Shown one piece after another: positions 32,657-41,534 of a stretch of 61,209 nucleotides of DNA. The stretch's first letter is position 1; each line of letters opens with the position of its first letter. This stretch comes from Acholeplasmataceae bacterium (lineage in GTDB: Bacteria; Bacillota_I; Bacilli_A; ML615J-28; CAG-698): NCBI GenBank assembly GCA_012718985.1, contig JAAYBG010000005.1, positions 1 to 61,209 of the forward strand. Direction: 5' to 3'. A program made the position numbers and the translations under genes. The notes below the pieces were generated by a model. That model made no database searches. It saw only the letters and a program-made list of their open reading frames with translations, and was not told where the DNA came from.

Positions 32657-33862
32657 AATTTTTTGATAGACATCAAATAAAATTCGTAAGCAAGCGCGAA
32701 CTCTTATTTGTTCTCTACCGCCTTTAAAAATAGAATGATAAACGGTAATATCATCGTTTATTTTAATTGCATAGTATACCAGCCCGACAGGTTTTGTTGG
32801 CGTACCTCCGGTTGGCCCTGCAATGCCACTGACAGCAACACAAACTTCACTATTAGTCAGGGCGAATAATCCAAGCACCATTTCCCTGACTGTTTCTTCA
32901 CTAACTGCACCAAATTTTTCTAGTGTTGATTCAGATACCTTTAAATATTTCCTTTTTGCTTGATTACTGTAGGTAATAAATCCTTCGGAAAAGACCTCAC
33001 TAGCACCACTGACATTGACAATTCTTGAAGCTAGCATTCCTCCCGTACAGCTCTCACCCAAACTAATTTTCCATTGGTTTCTTTTTAATTCTTGAACGAC
33101 CTTTTCTTCAATTTCCTCATTTTCGCTACTAATAATATGATGATTAAGAAGAGCCATAAAGGAATTACAGGCCGCCAAAAACTCTTCTTGATTAGCTTTA
33201 GAAGCTGTTAATTGATACCTAATCTTTCCTAAACTAGCATAAGGAGCAATCTTTACCGAAGGATATCTTTGGTAAAGGGGTTGTAAGAGGTCTTCAATGA
33301 CTGATTCTCCTAATCCCATTACGATATACTCTTTTATCAAAAAATCATTGGTTGTTTTTTTCCGTAAATAAGGAATCACAGTATCGATTACCATCGGATT
33401 CATTTCAAATGGAGGGCCTACTAAAACAATAAATATTTTCCCATCCTTCTCTACGATACATCCATCTGCAGTACCCAACCGATTGGGAATGATGATGGCC
33501 TCTTTAGGGAAATAGGCTTGTTTCAAATTGCATTGAGCGTATTCCACACCAAAATATTCTGTCAATAAGGATTTTGCTTGCTCATTGATGACCATTTCAA
33601 GCCCTAAGGTAGTAAATAAAACTTCTTTTGTGAAATCATCATGTGTTGGTCCCAAACCACCTGTTGTTATCAAGAGTTCATTATCACTAGCGAGAAAATT
33701 TTTAATTTCTGCTTGTAAATGAGAATGATCATCACCAACGGTTATTATCTTAGTTGGGTTAATTCCTAGTTTACATAAATTGGAAGCTAAAAATGTACCA
33801 TTCGTATTAATTACTTTACCTTCCAGAACCTCATCACCAATATTTAAAATTACTGCTTTCAT
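32645..33862 (-). CDS. cinA: competence/damage-inducible protein CinA (MoCF-binding domain plus nicotinamide-nucleotide amidase domain)
   Basis: MKAVILNIGDEVLEGKVINTNGTFLA N-terminus and a C-terminal PncC-type segment (SCTGGMLASRI, GIAGPTGG). Confidence 0.88.
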   Translation of the reverse strand: MKAVILNIGDEVLEGKVINTNGTFLASNLCKLGINPTKIITVGDDHSHLQAEIKNFLASDNELLITTGGLGPTHDDFTKEVLFTTLGLEMVINEQAKSLLTEYFGVEYAQCNLKQAYFPKEAIIIPNRLGTADGCIVEKDGKIFIVLVGPPFEMNPMVIDTVIPYLRKKTTNDFLIKEYIVMGLGESVIEDLLQPLYQRYPSVKIAPYASLGKIRYQLTASKANQEEFLAACNSFMALLNHHIISSENEEIEEKVVQELKRNQWKISLGESCTGGMLASRIVNVSGASEVFSEGFITYSNQAKRKYLKVSESTLEKFGAVSEETVREMVLGLFALTNSEVCVAVSGIAGPTGGTPTKPVGLVYYAIKINDDITVYHSIFKGGREQIRVRACLRILFDVYQKIKAF

Positions 33863-33871
33863 AAACTTCCT

Positions 33872-34969
33872 CTATACATTGAATCTAAATAAAGCAATAT
33901 CTCCATCTTTAAAAAGATATTCTTTTCCTTCTGAACGCATCTTTCCCGCTTCTCTTGCTTTTTGCAAGCTACCACATTTAACAAAATCATCGTAAGCGAT
34001 AATCTCAGCTCGAATAAAACCTTTTTCAAAATCGGTATGTATAATTCCTGCACATTCAGGAGCTTTCATTCCTTTTCTGAAGGTCCATGCTTTTGCTTCC
34101 TTCTCGCCTGCCGTAAAATAGGTTGCTAATCCTAATAAATCATAAGTCTCTCTGACCAGTTTATCTAAACCACTTTCAGCAATCCCTAATTCCTCTAAAA
34201 ACATAAGCCGATCATCATCTTCTAATTCACAAATTTCTTCTTCAATCTTCGCACTAATCACAACTGTTTTCGTTTGGGATTCTTCGGCGTATGCTTTCAC
34301 TTTCTTAACATGTTCATTATCATTACTTACTTCGTTTTCCTCAACATTTAAAACATAGATCATCGGCTTTAATGTTAGAAAATTGTAACCTTTCAGTAAC
34401 ACCTTTTCTTCAGGAGAAAAAAGACAATTTCGTAATTGTATTCCTTTTTCCAATGCGTTTTTTGCTTTTTTCAATGTTTTATATTCCAACTCTGAATCAG
34501 CATCTACTTTTAATTGAGCTTTTTTTTCTATTTTTGGAAGTCTTTTTTCAATCACTTCTAAATCAGCAAAGGTCAATTCCAAATTTACAGTTTCAATATC
34601 ATCAATGGGATCGATTTTCCCCGTAACATGAACAATATCGGGATTATCGAAACAACGAACCACTTGACAGATAGCATCAACTTCTCGTATATGGGATAGG
34701 AATTGATTCCCCAAACCTTCACCCTTCGATGCCCCTTTCACCAAACCAGCAATATCAGTAAATGAAACAGACGCGAAGACAACATTGCGTGGTTTCACAA
34801 TTTCAGCAATTTTTATTAATCTTTCATCTTTTATTTCAACAAACCCAACATTTGGTTCTATGGTTGCAAAAGGATAGTTTGCACTCAAAACGTGGGCTTT
34901 GGTAATGGCATTGAATAACGTCGATTTTCCAACATTTGGCAAACCGATAATACCCGCTGTTAATCCCAT
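33872..34969 (-). CDS. ychF: ribosome-binding ATPase YchF
   Basis: GLPNVGKSTLFNAIT P-loop, 365 aa, C-terminal TGS-like domain. Confidence 0.95.
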   Translation of the reverse strand: MGLTAGIIGLPNVGKSTLFNAITKAHVLSANYPFATIEPNVGFVEIKDERLIKIAEIVKPRNVVFASVSFTDIAGLVKGASKGEGLGNQFLSHIREVDAICQVVRCFDNPDIVHVTGKIDPIDDIETVNLELTFADLEVIEKRLPKIEKKAQLKVDADSELEYKTLKKAKNALEKGIQLRNCLFSPEEKVLLKGYNFLTLKPMIYVLNVEENEVSNDNEHVKKVKAYAEESQTKTVVISAKIEEEICELEDDDRLMFLEELGIAESGLDKLVRETYDLLGLATYFTAGEKEAKAWTFRKGMKAPECAGIIHTDFEKGFIRAEIIAYDDFVKCGSLQKAREAGKMRSEGKEYLFKDGDIALFRFNV

Positions 34970-35112
34970 ATTTTTTCACCTATTAACCCTTTCTAATGAT
35001 TAAATCTCTATGAAGCGATGATAAATATGCTAATTTATTCTAGCATACTTCATATGTTTTTTCAATTTTTTTCGTGTTTACTTTCATGGTTTGGAGCTTT
35101 GTTTTCTTTATC

Positions 35113-35141
35113 TTGCACGTTGATGACTTTTATATTATAAT
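35113..35141 (+). promoter_or_regulatory. sigma-A type promoter for the 110-aa ORF
   Basis: TTGCAC, a 17-nt spacer, then TATAAT. Confidence 0.55.
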
Positions 35142-35167
35142 GAATAATCATAACAAGGGGTCTTTTT

Positions 35168-35500
35168 ATGCATAAATCCATCGTCTTTATTCTCAAACAT
35201 AATGTAGATATTTCTTGTTTCGCCGAGTTTTCTCCGATGGTAATTCAAAAAAATTGGGAAATACTTGATGAAAATAGCTTAAAATATCAAAATGAAATCA
35301 TTTATTTTGATTATTTAATTACCGATCAACTCGAGGTTGGCAAGATTTTAAAATTGGAAAAGCAAGATAAAAAATTAATTACAAATTATTTCTTGCAAAC
35401 AAATTCAGAAAATATTTATGCTTTTGGGGGAGCAACTAATTGTCTCGCTCCCTTATCAGAACAACTCCTGAGAATTTATGAGGATATAACAACAAAATAA
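35168..35500 (+). CDS. hypothetical 110-aa protein; the C-terminus resembles the last FAD-binding strand-helix of pyridine-nucleotide disulfide oxidoreductases
   Basis: It has its own promoter and terminator. TNSENIYAFGGATN resembles the T..G(V/I)(F/Y)AxGD motif, but with GD changed to GG. Confidence 0.45.
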   Translation: MHKSIVFILKHNVDISCFAEFSPMVIQKNWEILDENSLKYQNEIIYFDYLITDQLEVGKILKLEKQDKKLITNYFLQTNSENIYAFGGATNCLAPLSEQLLRIYEDITTK

Positions 35501-35520
35501 AAAAGGCGATAAGCCTTTTT
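35501..35520. terminator. bidirectional terminator between the 110-aa ORF and convergent htrA
   Basis: AAAAGGC-gataa-GCCTTTT with flanking A and T runs. Confidence 0.7.
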
Positions 35521-35539
35521 TTAAAAGAAAACAAACTTT

Positions 35540-36718
35540 TTAGAAAGGAATAACAACAATGATTGTTTCTTCACCTCGATAAACTTCTAGTGTTGCCGAT
35601 TCTCCTGCCAAGATGTTATTGAGAATTGAGCGGAATGTCTGTGTATTTTTAATTTCCACCCCTTCAAATTTTAAAATAACATCTCCTTCTTGCAAATAAC
35701 CATATGCTGGTCCTGTTCGATCAACAGTAGCCACATAAAGACCAAAATCAATTCCTTCAAGACCAGTTATAGTGGGAACTTCAGAACCAGGATAATCTTC
35801 TGGATTCTTCAATACTTTTACATCATAAACATTAATCTTTAGGGTTTGTCTCGTTGGTTTTTCTCCTCTTTCCAAAATAGGAATTAATTCTCGAACTAGA
35901 TTACTTGGAATAGCAAATCCCATATTATCGGTATCCTCTGCTACCAACTTTAAAGTATTAATCCCGATAACCTTTCCTTCGATATTGATCAATGCTCCTC
36001 CGCTATTGCCCGGATTGATAGCAACATCGTGTTGAATGTATTCAGAATCCCAATCAGAAATACCATCACCATCCGTATCATCACTCATATATCGCTTTGG
36101 AAATGAAACAATACCAAATGTTGCTGAACCATAAAATTCATAACCATTTGGATTGCCAATAGCAATGGCAAAATTTCCTCTTTGCACTTGATTAGAATCA
36201 GCAAATTCAACTGGCTGAATGTATTTGGTATGTTCAAAGGAGATAACTGCCAAATCAACTTTATCATCAGAGCCCAACACATTTGCATTGACTTTTACTT
36301 CTTCTTCCCCTAAATACACTTTAATATAATTATCTCCAGTAGAAGCAACTACATGACGATTAGTAACAGCCCAATAGGTATACATCATGACTTGATCGCT
36401 ATCCATGGTTTCACTACATGTTTTTGTTGTGACTCCATCCTTATAGGTCGCCTCACACTCATAAATAACCCCACTACCAGTAGCAGCTAACCCATACAAC
36501 AATCCTAGTTTCCCACGTTCATAGTTACTAACACCGACAATCGCCGGAGAAGCCTTTTCTACCGCAGCAGTGATAAGGTCTTCAAATTCAGTAATATCAA
36601 TAGAAACTTGATATGATTTATTATAAATTTCATTATTAATTAATTGTGAACACCCTGTTGGGAAAACTAATAGTAATAAAACTAGCAATAATAGGATACT
36701 TTTTTTCATTTTTTTCAT
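35540..36718 (-). CDS. htrA: HtrA/DegP-family serine protease with C-terminal PDZ domain, probably lipid- or membrane-anchored
   Basis: Catalytic triad contexts VTNRHVV, DLAVI and GNSGGALIN. PDZ-like C-terminus. N-terminal signal ending in PTGC. Confidence 0.88.
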   Translation of the reverse strand: MKKMKKSILLLLVLLLLVFPTGCSQLINNEIYNKSYQVSIDITEFEDLITAAVEKASPAIVGVSNYERGKLGLLYGLAATGSGVIYECEATYKDGVTTKTCSETMDSDQVMMYTYWAVTNRHVVASTGDNYIKVYLGEEEVKVNANVLGSDDKVDLAVISFEHTKYIQPVEFADSNQVQRGNFAIAIGNPNGYEFYGSATFGIVSFPKRYMSDDTDGDGISDWDSEYIQHDVAINPGNSGGALINIEGKVIGINTLKLVAEDTDNMGFAIPSNLVRELIPILERGEKPTRQTLKINVYDVKVLKNPEDYPGSEVPTITGLEGIDFGLYVATVDRTGPAYGYLQEGDVILKFEGVEIKNTQTFRSILNNILAGESATLEVYRGEETIIVVIPF

Positions 36719-37491
36719 CGTTTTCTTTCCTCCTGAAATTTAAACAAGCGTTGAGCATTATCAGCCAAGGCTTTTTCAATGATTACGCTATCTTCTTCTT
36801 TTATTTTTGCAATTTCTTCAACAATATACTTCGTGTACGCAGGCTGATTCATCTTCCCTCGATAGGGTTCTGGGGCCAAATAGGGAGAATCGGTTTCGCT
36901 TAAAAGGTATTTTATATCGATTTCTTTTACAACCCTTTTTATCTCTTTGCTATTTTTAAAAGTAACAACGCCACCTATTCCTAAATAATAACCCAATTTA
37001 GTAAACTCACGAGCCATTTCTACACTAGATGAATAACAATGCATAACTCCGGGAACTAAATTTTCCTTTAAAATGGTAAAACAATCCTGAGTAGCATCCC
37101 GATTATGAACAATAATCGGAAGATTATTCGCTTTTGCTATTAACACTTGCTTAATGAATAATTCCTTCTGTAATTCTTTATGACTCTTATCCCAATAATA
37201 GTCAAGACCAATCTCACCGATAGCAATTACTTTCTTTTTGGGAATGAGAGATAGAAGCCAGGTTAGGTTTTTATCTGTTTCTTTTGCCACTTCACTAGGG
37301 TGTAAACCAACACTAGCATAAATAGAATCATATTTCTCAGCAAGTTCAATCGCTTTTAAACTCGACTTATAATCATAGCCAACAGCAATCATCATTCCTA
37401 CATTATTAGCTTTTGCTGCTGCAATCACTTCATCAAGAATCCCTTGATAGCGATCATCAAAAATATGCATATGAGTATCAACAATCATCAA
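36715..37491 (-). CDS. tatD: TatD-family metal-dependent hydrolase (YabD-like)
   Basis: VDTHMHI start and TatD motifs (GEIGLDY, VHNRDA, ETDSPYL). Confidence 0.9.
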   Translation of the reverse strand: MMIVDTHMHIFDDRYQGILDEVIAAAKANNVGMMIAVGYDYKSSLKAIELAEKYDSIYASVGLHPSEVAKETDKNLTWLLSLIPKKKVIAIGEIGLDYYWDKSHKELQKELFIKQVLIAKANNLPIIVHNRDATQDCFTILKENLVPGVMHCYSSSVEMAREFTKLGYYLGIGGVVTFKNSKEIKRVVKEIDIKYLLSETDSPYLAPEPYRGKMNQPAYTKYIVEEIAKIKEEDSVIIEKALADNAQRLFKFQEERKR

Positions 37492-37628
37492 AACCCTCCT
37501 TTTTCATTCGATAAAGGCAAACTTATTGATATCTAAGTTATTAATTTCTAGATGTATTATAACACATTTCCTTTCTTTTTGTAGAGTATTTTATTATTTA
37601 CAAATATAAATTTTATTGGTTTCTGTCA

Positions 37629-37662
37629 TAAAAAAATCTTATAGTTTCCTATAAGAATTTTT
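37629..37662 (-). terminator. terminator after the CoADR-fusion gene
   Basis: The minus strand reads TCTTATAG-gaaa-CTATAAGA followed by T7. Confidence 0.8.
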
Positions 37663-37666
37663 CATT

Positions 37667-40144
37667 TTAAACGAATAAATTTACATTTGACTCTTCAGCA
37701 TCGCCTAAGTAAGTCGCCACTCCTGCATACTCAACACCATCTATCAATTCCTCACGTTTTATTCCCATGATATCCATTGACATAGTGCAAGCAATCAGTC
37801 TCACTCCATTAGCCAATGCTTGTTGCATTAATTCTTCTAAAGAAGAAACATTCTTCTTTTTCATCACGCTTTTAATCATTTTTGTTCCTAAACCGGCCAT
37901 GTTCATTTTTGATAATTTTGCTTTATTGATTCCACGTGGCATCATTATTCCAAACATGCGTTCCATAAATGATTTTTTTACTTTTTGTTTTTTTGGTTTC
38001 CTTAGTAGATTCAATCCCCAGAAAGTAAAGAACATAGTAACTTTACGTCCCATCGCTGCTGCTCCATTTGCAATAATAAAGGAAGCAATTGCTTTGTCGA
38101 ATTCACCATCAAAAACAATAATTGTTTTTCCTTGTGATGATTGTTCTGATTGTGCCAATATCGTTTTTTCACTTGTTCCTTTTTGAATCAAAGCAACGAC
38201 TATTTTATCCTTTTTCTCAGCGCGAATAAAGGTATTATTCGTTCGTTTGCACCACGCTTCAACATCGCGCGCAAATCCCATATCTGTAGCAGAAACTTGG
38301 AGCACTTCTTTATCTTTCATAGCTTTAATGGCTTCATTTACTTTCATAATCGGTCCTGGACATTGCATGCCACAACAATCTAAAATTTGTACTGCTTTAT
38401 CAACAATCACAACATCTTTCTCCTTGCTATATCTATTTTCATTCTCAATTTGTAAAACATTTTCTTTTTGATAGTGCATAGAACGATATAAACTAGTTCC
38501 AACTGATAATACATATGCATCATAACCTTGTTGCATCAATGCTCTGGCAACATTATAAGACCTCACACCAACACCACAAATTACTATAATTTTTTTGTTT
38601 TTATCTAGTTCCTGCAATCGAGATCTCACTTTACCTTGAGGAATGTGATAAGTTCCAGGAATATGATAAACCATTAATTCTGCTTCTTCTCTAACATCTA
38701 ATAAAATATATTCTTTTTTCTTCGTTTCATCTTGTAATATGGCATCGAACTCTTCCCATTCAACGAATTTTACTAGTCCTTTTAGTACATTTTCAGCAAC
38801 ATATCCCAGCATATTAACTGGATCTTTTGCACTTGAAAAAGGTGGAGCATAAGAGAACTCTAGTTCTTGCAAGTCATAAATAGTTCCATTTAGACGAATC
38901 GTAGTTGCGATAGTATCGATTCGTTTATCCACGCCATCTTGACCTATAATTTGCGCTCCTAGAATATTTCCTTCCTTGGTAAATAACATTTTTAAAATTA
39001 ATGGTGTTGCCCCAGGATAATAACCAGCATGTGATTTTTGGCTAATTTTTATCGCATGATAGTCTAAGCCTTTCACCTTTCCTTGGGAAATTAATGTTTT
39101 TTCATTTAAACCCACTGAAGCAACATTTAGGTCAAAAACTTTTGCCACTGATGTTCCCATCGAGCCATGGTATTTGACTTGATCACCAGCGATATTATCC
39201 GCCAATATTCTCGCTTGTTTATTAGCAGGACCAGCTAAAGGAACCATTGTTTTTGTTTTAGTTATGAAATTGTCAATTTCAATAACATCTCCCACAGCAT
39301 AAATATCAGGATCACTAGTTTGTAAATATTCATTAACAACAATTCCGCCCCGTTGATTAATCATTAACCCTGATTCTTTCGCAAGTTGACTATTAGGTCT
39401 AATTCCAATCGAAAGTATTACCATGTCAGTCGTAACTATTTTACCACTATTCAAAATTACTTCTGTTTGATTATCCTGATGTTTAAATTCTTTGACGCCA
39501 TCATTTAAAATGAGATTCACACCATTATTAGTCAAATTTTCATGTAATAATTGTGCCATTTCAAAATCAATAGGAGCCATAACTTGATTTTGCATTTCAA
39601 TAATACTAATTTCTAATCCTAATTGATGAAGATTTTCTGCCATTTCTAAGCCAATAAAACCTCCACCGATGATGGCAGCTTGTTTAACGTTATGGTTAGT
39701 GATATAAGCTTTGATCTTATCCGTATCAGGAATATTCCAAAGTGTAAAAATATTATGATGGTTGATACCTGGTATATTAGGTCTTAGTGGTGTTGAGCCA
39801 GTTGCGATGACTAATTTATCATAGCTTTCCGTGAAAGTAGTCCCATTTTCTCCGTTTTTTACCGTTACTTCTTTTTTGTCACGATTAATCGCAATCACTT
39901 CAGCACGCGTTTTTATCCGAATTTTGAAATTGTCTTCCATCTTTTTTGGTGTTTGCAACAACAATGACTCCCGACTTTGGATAACATCACCGATATAATA
40001 AGGTAAACCACAGTTCGCATAGGAAATATGCTCTCCTTTTTCTAATAGTAATATTTCCATTTTTTCATCACGGCGACGAAGTCTTGCTGCTGTGGTCGCT
40101 CCTCCTGCAGCGCCACCAATAATGACTGTTTTTGTAACCATCAA
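37667..40144 (-). CDS. four-domain fusion: CoA-disulfide/persulfide reductase (FAD/NAD(P)H), rhodanese, TusA/SirA-like, DsrE/DsrF-like
   Basis: GGAAGGATTAARL FAD motif with the redox Cys in SYANCGLPYY. A second dinucleotide fold IIGGGFIGLE. Rhodanese loop CGVGVRS. TusA motif CCGMQCPGP. A C-terminal DsrE-like module (IIVFDGEFDKAIASFIIANGAAAMG ... ACTMSMD). Confidence 0.85.
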   Translation of the reverse strand: MMVTKTVIIGGAAGGATTAARLRRRDEKMEILLLEKGEHISYANCGLPYYIGDVIQSRESLLLQTPKKMEDNFKIRIKTRAEVIAINRDKKEVTVKNGENGTTFTESYDKLVIATGSTPLRPNIPGINHHNIFTLWNIPDTDKIKAYITNHNVKQAAIIGGGFIGLEMAENLHQLGLEISIIEMQNQVMAPIDFEMAQLLHENLTNNGVNLILNDGVKEFKHQDNQTEVILNSGKIVTTDMVILSIGIRPNSQLAKESGLMINQRGGIVVNEYLQTSDPDIYAVGDVIEIDNFITKTKTMVPLAGPANKQARILADNIAGDQVKYHGSMGTSVAKVFDLNVASVGLNEKTLISQGKVKGLDYHAIKISQKSHAGYYPGATPLILKMLFTKEGNILGAQIIGQDGVDKRIDTIATTIRLNGTIYDLQELEFSYAPPFSSAKDPVNMLGYVAENVLKGLVKFVEWEEFDAILQDETKKKEYILLDVREEAELMVYHIPGTYHIPQGKVRSRLQELDKNKKIIVICGVGVRSYNVARALMQQGYDAYVLSVGTSLYRSMHYQKENVLQIENENRYSKEKDVVIVDKAVQILDCCGMQCPGPIMKVNEAIKAMKDKEVLQVSATDMGFARDVEAWCKRTNNTFIRAEKKDKIVVALIQKGTSEKTILAQSEQSSQGKTIIVFDGEFDKAIASFIIANGAAAMGRKVTMFFTFWGLNLLRKPKKQKVKKSFMERMFGIMMPRGINKAKLSKMNMAGLGTKMIKSVMKKKNVSSLEELMQQALANGVRLIACTMSMDIMGIKREELIDGVEYAGVATYLGDAEESNVNLFV

Positions 40145-40175
40145 TAGACCCTCCTTCTAATTTATTGTTTAACTT

Positions 40176-40217
40176 ATTATAATCATTTCTCTTATCGTTG
40201 TATGTGATAAAGTCACA
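40176..40217 (-). promoter_or_regulatory. promoter (-10 TATAAT) with an upstream TGTGA-N5-TCACA palindrome centred near -41
   Basis: The minus strand has TATAAT at 40181-40176. The palindrome TGTGAcTTTAtCACA spans 40203-40217, 21 nt upstream of the -10. Confidence 0.45.
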
Positions 40218-40233
40218 ATCTATGATACTTCCA

Positions 40234-40264
40234 ATAAAAAAAGTCTTGTATAAAAATACAAGAC
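40234..40264 (-). terminator. terminator after tuf
   Basis: The minus strand reads GTCTTGTAT-tttt-ATACAAGAC followed by T7. Confidence 0.85.
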
Positions 40265-40277
40265 CCTGATTTTTTTG

Positions 40278-41462
40278 TTATTTTACAATTTTAATAACGT
40301 TACCAGCACCAACTGTACGTCCACCTTCGCGAATTGAGAATTTTGTTCCTAATTCAATTGCGATTGGGTGAATTAAAGTAACTTTTAACTCAGCATTATC
40401 ACCAGGCATAATCATTTCTACTCCAGATTTAAGTTCAATAACACCAGTTACATCTGTTGTACGGAAGTAGAATTGTGGGCGATAGTTTGAGAAGAATGGA
40501 GTATGACGACCACCTTCTTCTTTGCTTAAAACGTAAACCTGTGCTTCAAATTCAGTATGTGGAGTAACAGTTTTTGGTTTTGCAAGAACTTGTCCACGTT
40601 GAACAGTTTCACGAGTGATACCACGAAGCAATGTACCAATATTGTCACCTGCTTCTGCATAATCCAACAATTTTCTAAACATTTCAACACCAGTTACTAC
40701 TGTGCTTGCTGTTGGACGAATACCAACGATTTCAACTGGGTCACCAACGCGAATTTGTCCACGTTCAACCTTACCTGTTGCAACAGTTCCACGACCAGTA
40801 ATAGTAAATACGTCTTCAACTGGCATTAAGAAAGGTTTATCGTTTTCACGAACTGGATTTGGAATATACTCATCAACTATTTCCATTAATTTGATAATCG
40901 TTTTTTCAGCTTCTGGATCACCTTCCATAGCTTTCAATGCAGATCCTCTGATAACTGGAATGTCATCTCCTGGGAATTCGTATTCTGTTAACAAATCACG
41001 GATTTCCATTTCAACTAAATCTAATAATTCTTCATCGTCTACCATATCGCATTTGTTCATGAATACAACAAGACGAGGAACGCCTACTTGACGGCTTAAT
41101 AAGATATGTTCACGAGTTTGTGCCATTGGTCCATCAGTTGCAGCAACAACTAGGATAGCACCATCCATTTGAGCAGCACCAGTGATCATATTCTTAACAT
41201 AATCGGCATGTCCTGGGCAGTCAACGTGAGCATAGTGACGATTCTTTGTTTCATATTCTACGTGAGCAGTATTAATAGTTATACCACGAGCTTTTTCTTC
41301 TGGAGCACCATCGATTTGGTCATATGCCATAATCTTTGATAATCCATCTTTTGCTAAAACTCGAGTAATAGCTGATGTTAAAGTTGTTTTACCATGGTCA
41401 ACGTGTCCAATGGTACCAATATTTACGTGTGGTTTAGTACGTTCAAATTTAGCTTTTGCCAT
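40278..41462 (-). CDS. tuf: elongation factor Tu
   Basis: [28 protein letters not shown] and DCPGHADY. Confidence 0.99.
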   Translation of the reverse strand: MAKAKFERTKPHVNIGTIGHVDHGKTTLTSAITRVLAKDGLSKIMAYDQIDGAPEEKARGITINTAHVEYETKNRHYAHVDCPGHADYVKNMITGAAQMDGAILVVAATDGPMAQTREHILLSRQVGVPRLVVFMNKCDMVDDEELLDLVEMEIRDLLTEYEFPGDDIPVIRGSALKAMEGDPEAEKTIIKLMEIVDEYIPNPVRENDKPFLMPVEDVFTITGRGTVATGKVERGQIRVGDPVEIVGIRPTASTVVTGVEMFRKLLDYAEAGDNIGTLLRGITRETVQRGQVLAKPKTVTPHTEFEAQVYVLSKEEGGRHTPFFSNYRPQFYFRTTDVTGVIELKSGVEMIMPGDNAELKVTLIHPIAIELGTKFSIREGGRTVGAGNVIKIVK

Positions 41463-41534
41463 TATAAAATTTCCTCCTAAGTTTTTTCTATATATATTTT
41501 ATAATATTTATCTTGTAATTGCAAGTATTATTTT

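Noticed and set aside
33859-34053. A 64-aa minus-strand ORF overlapping the 3' end of ychF in another frame and reaching the cinA start. Similar same-strand alternative-frame ORFs occur in fusA (41978-42190, 43061-43309) and htrA (36085-36288).
   Set aside because: They are alternative-frame ORFs inside conserved genes, with no independent translation signals, and their sequences look non-protein-like.
37767-38186. A 139-aa plus-strand ORF, together with many similar 60-130-aa ORFs antisense to long genes (for example 219-452, 21248-21580, 40702-41091, 46529-46792, 55157-55441, 58927-59283).
   Set aside because: They lie entirely inside well-supported conserved genes on the opposite strand. 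They have low-complexity Ser/Phe/Ile-rich translations typical of antisense frames in AT-rich DNA, and they lack SD sequences. I treat them as shadow ORFs.
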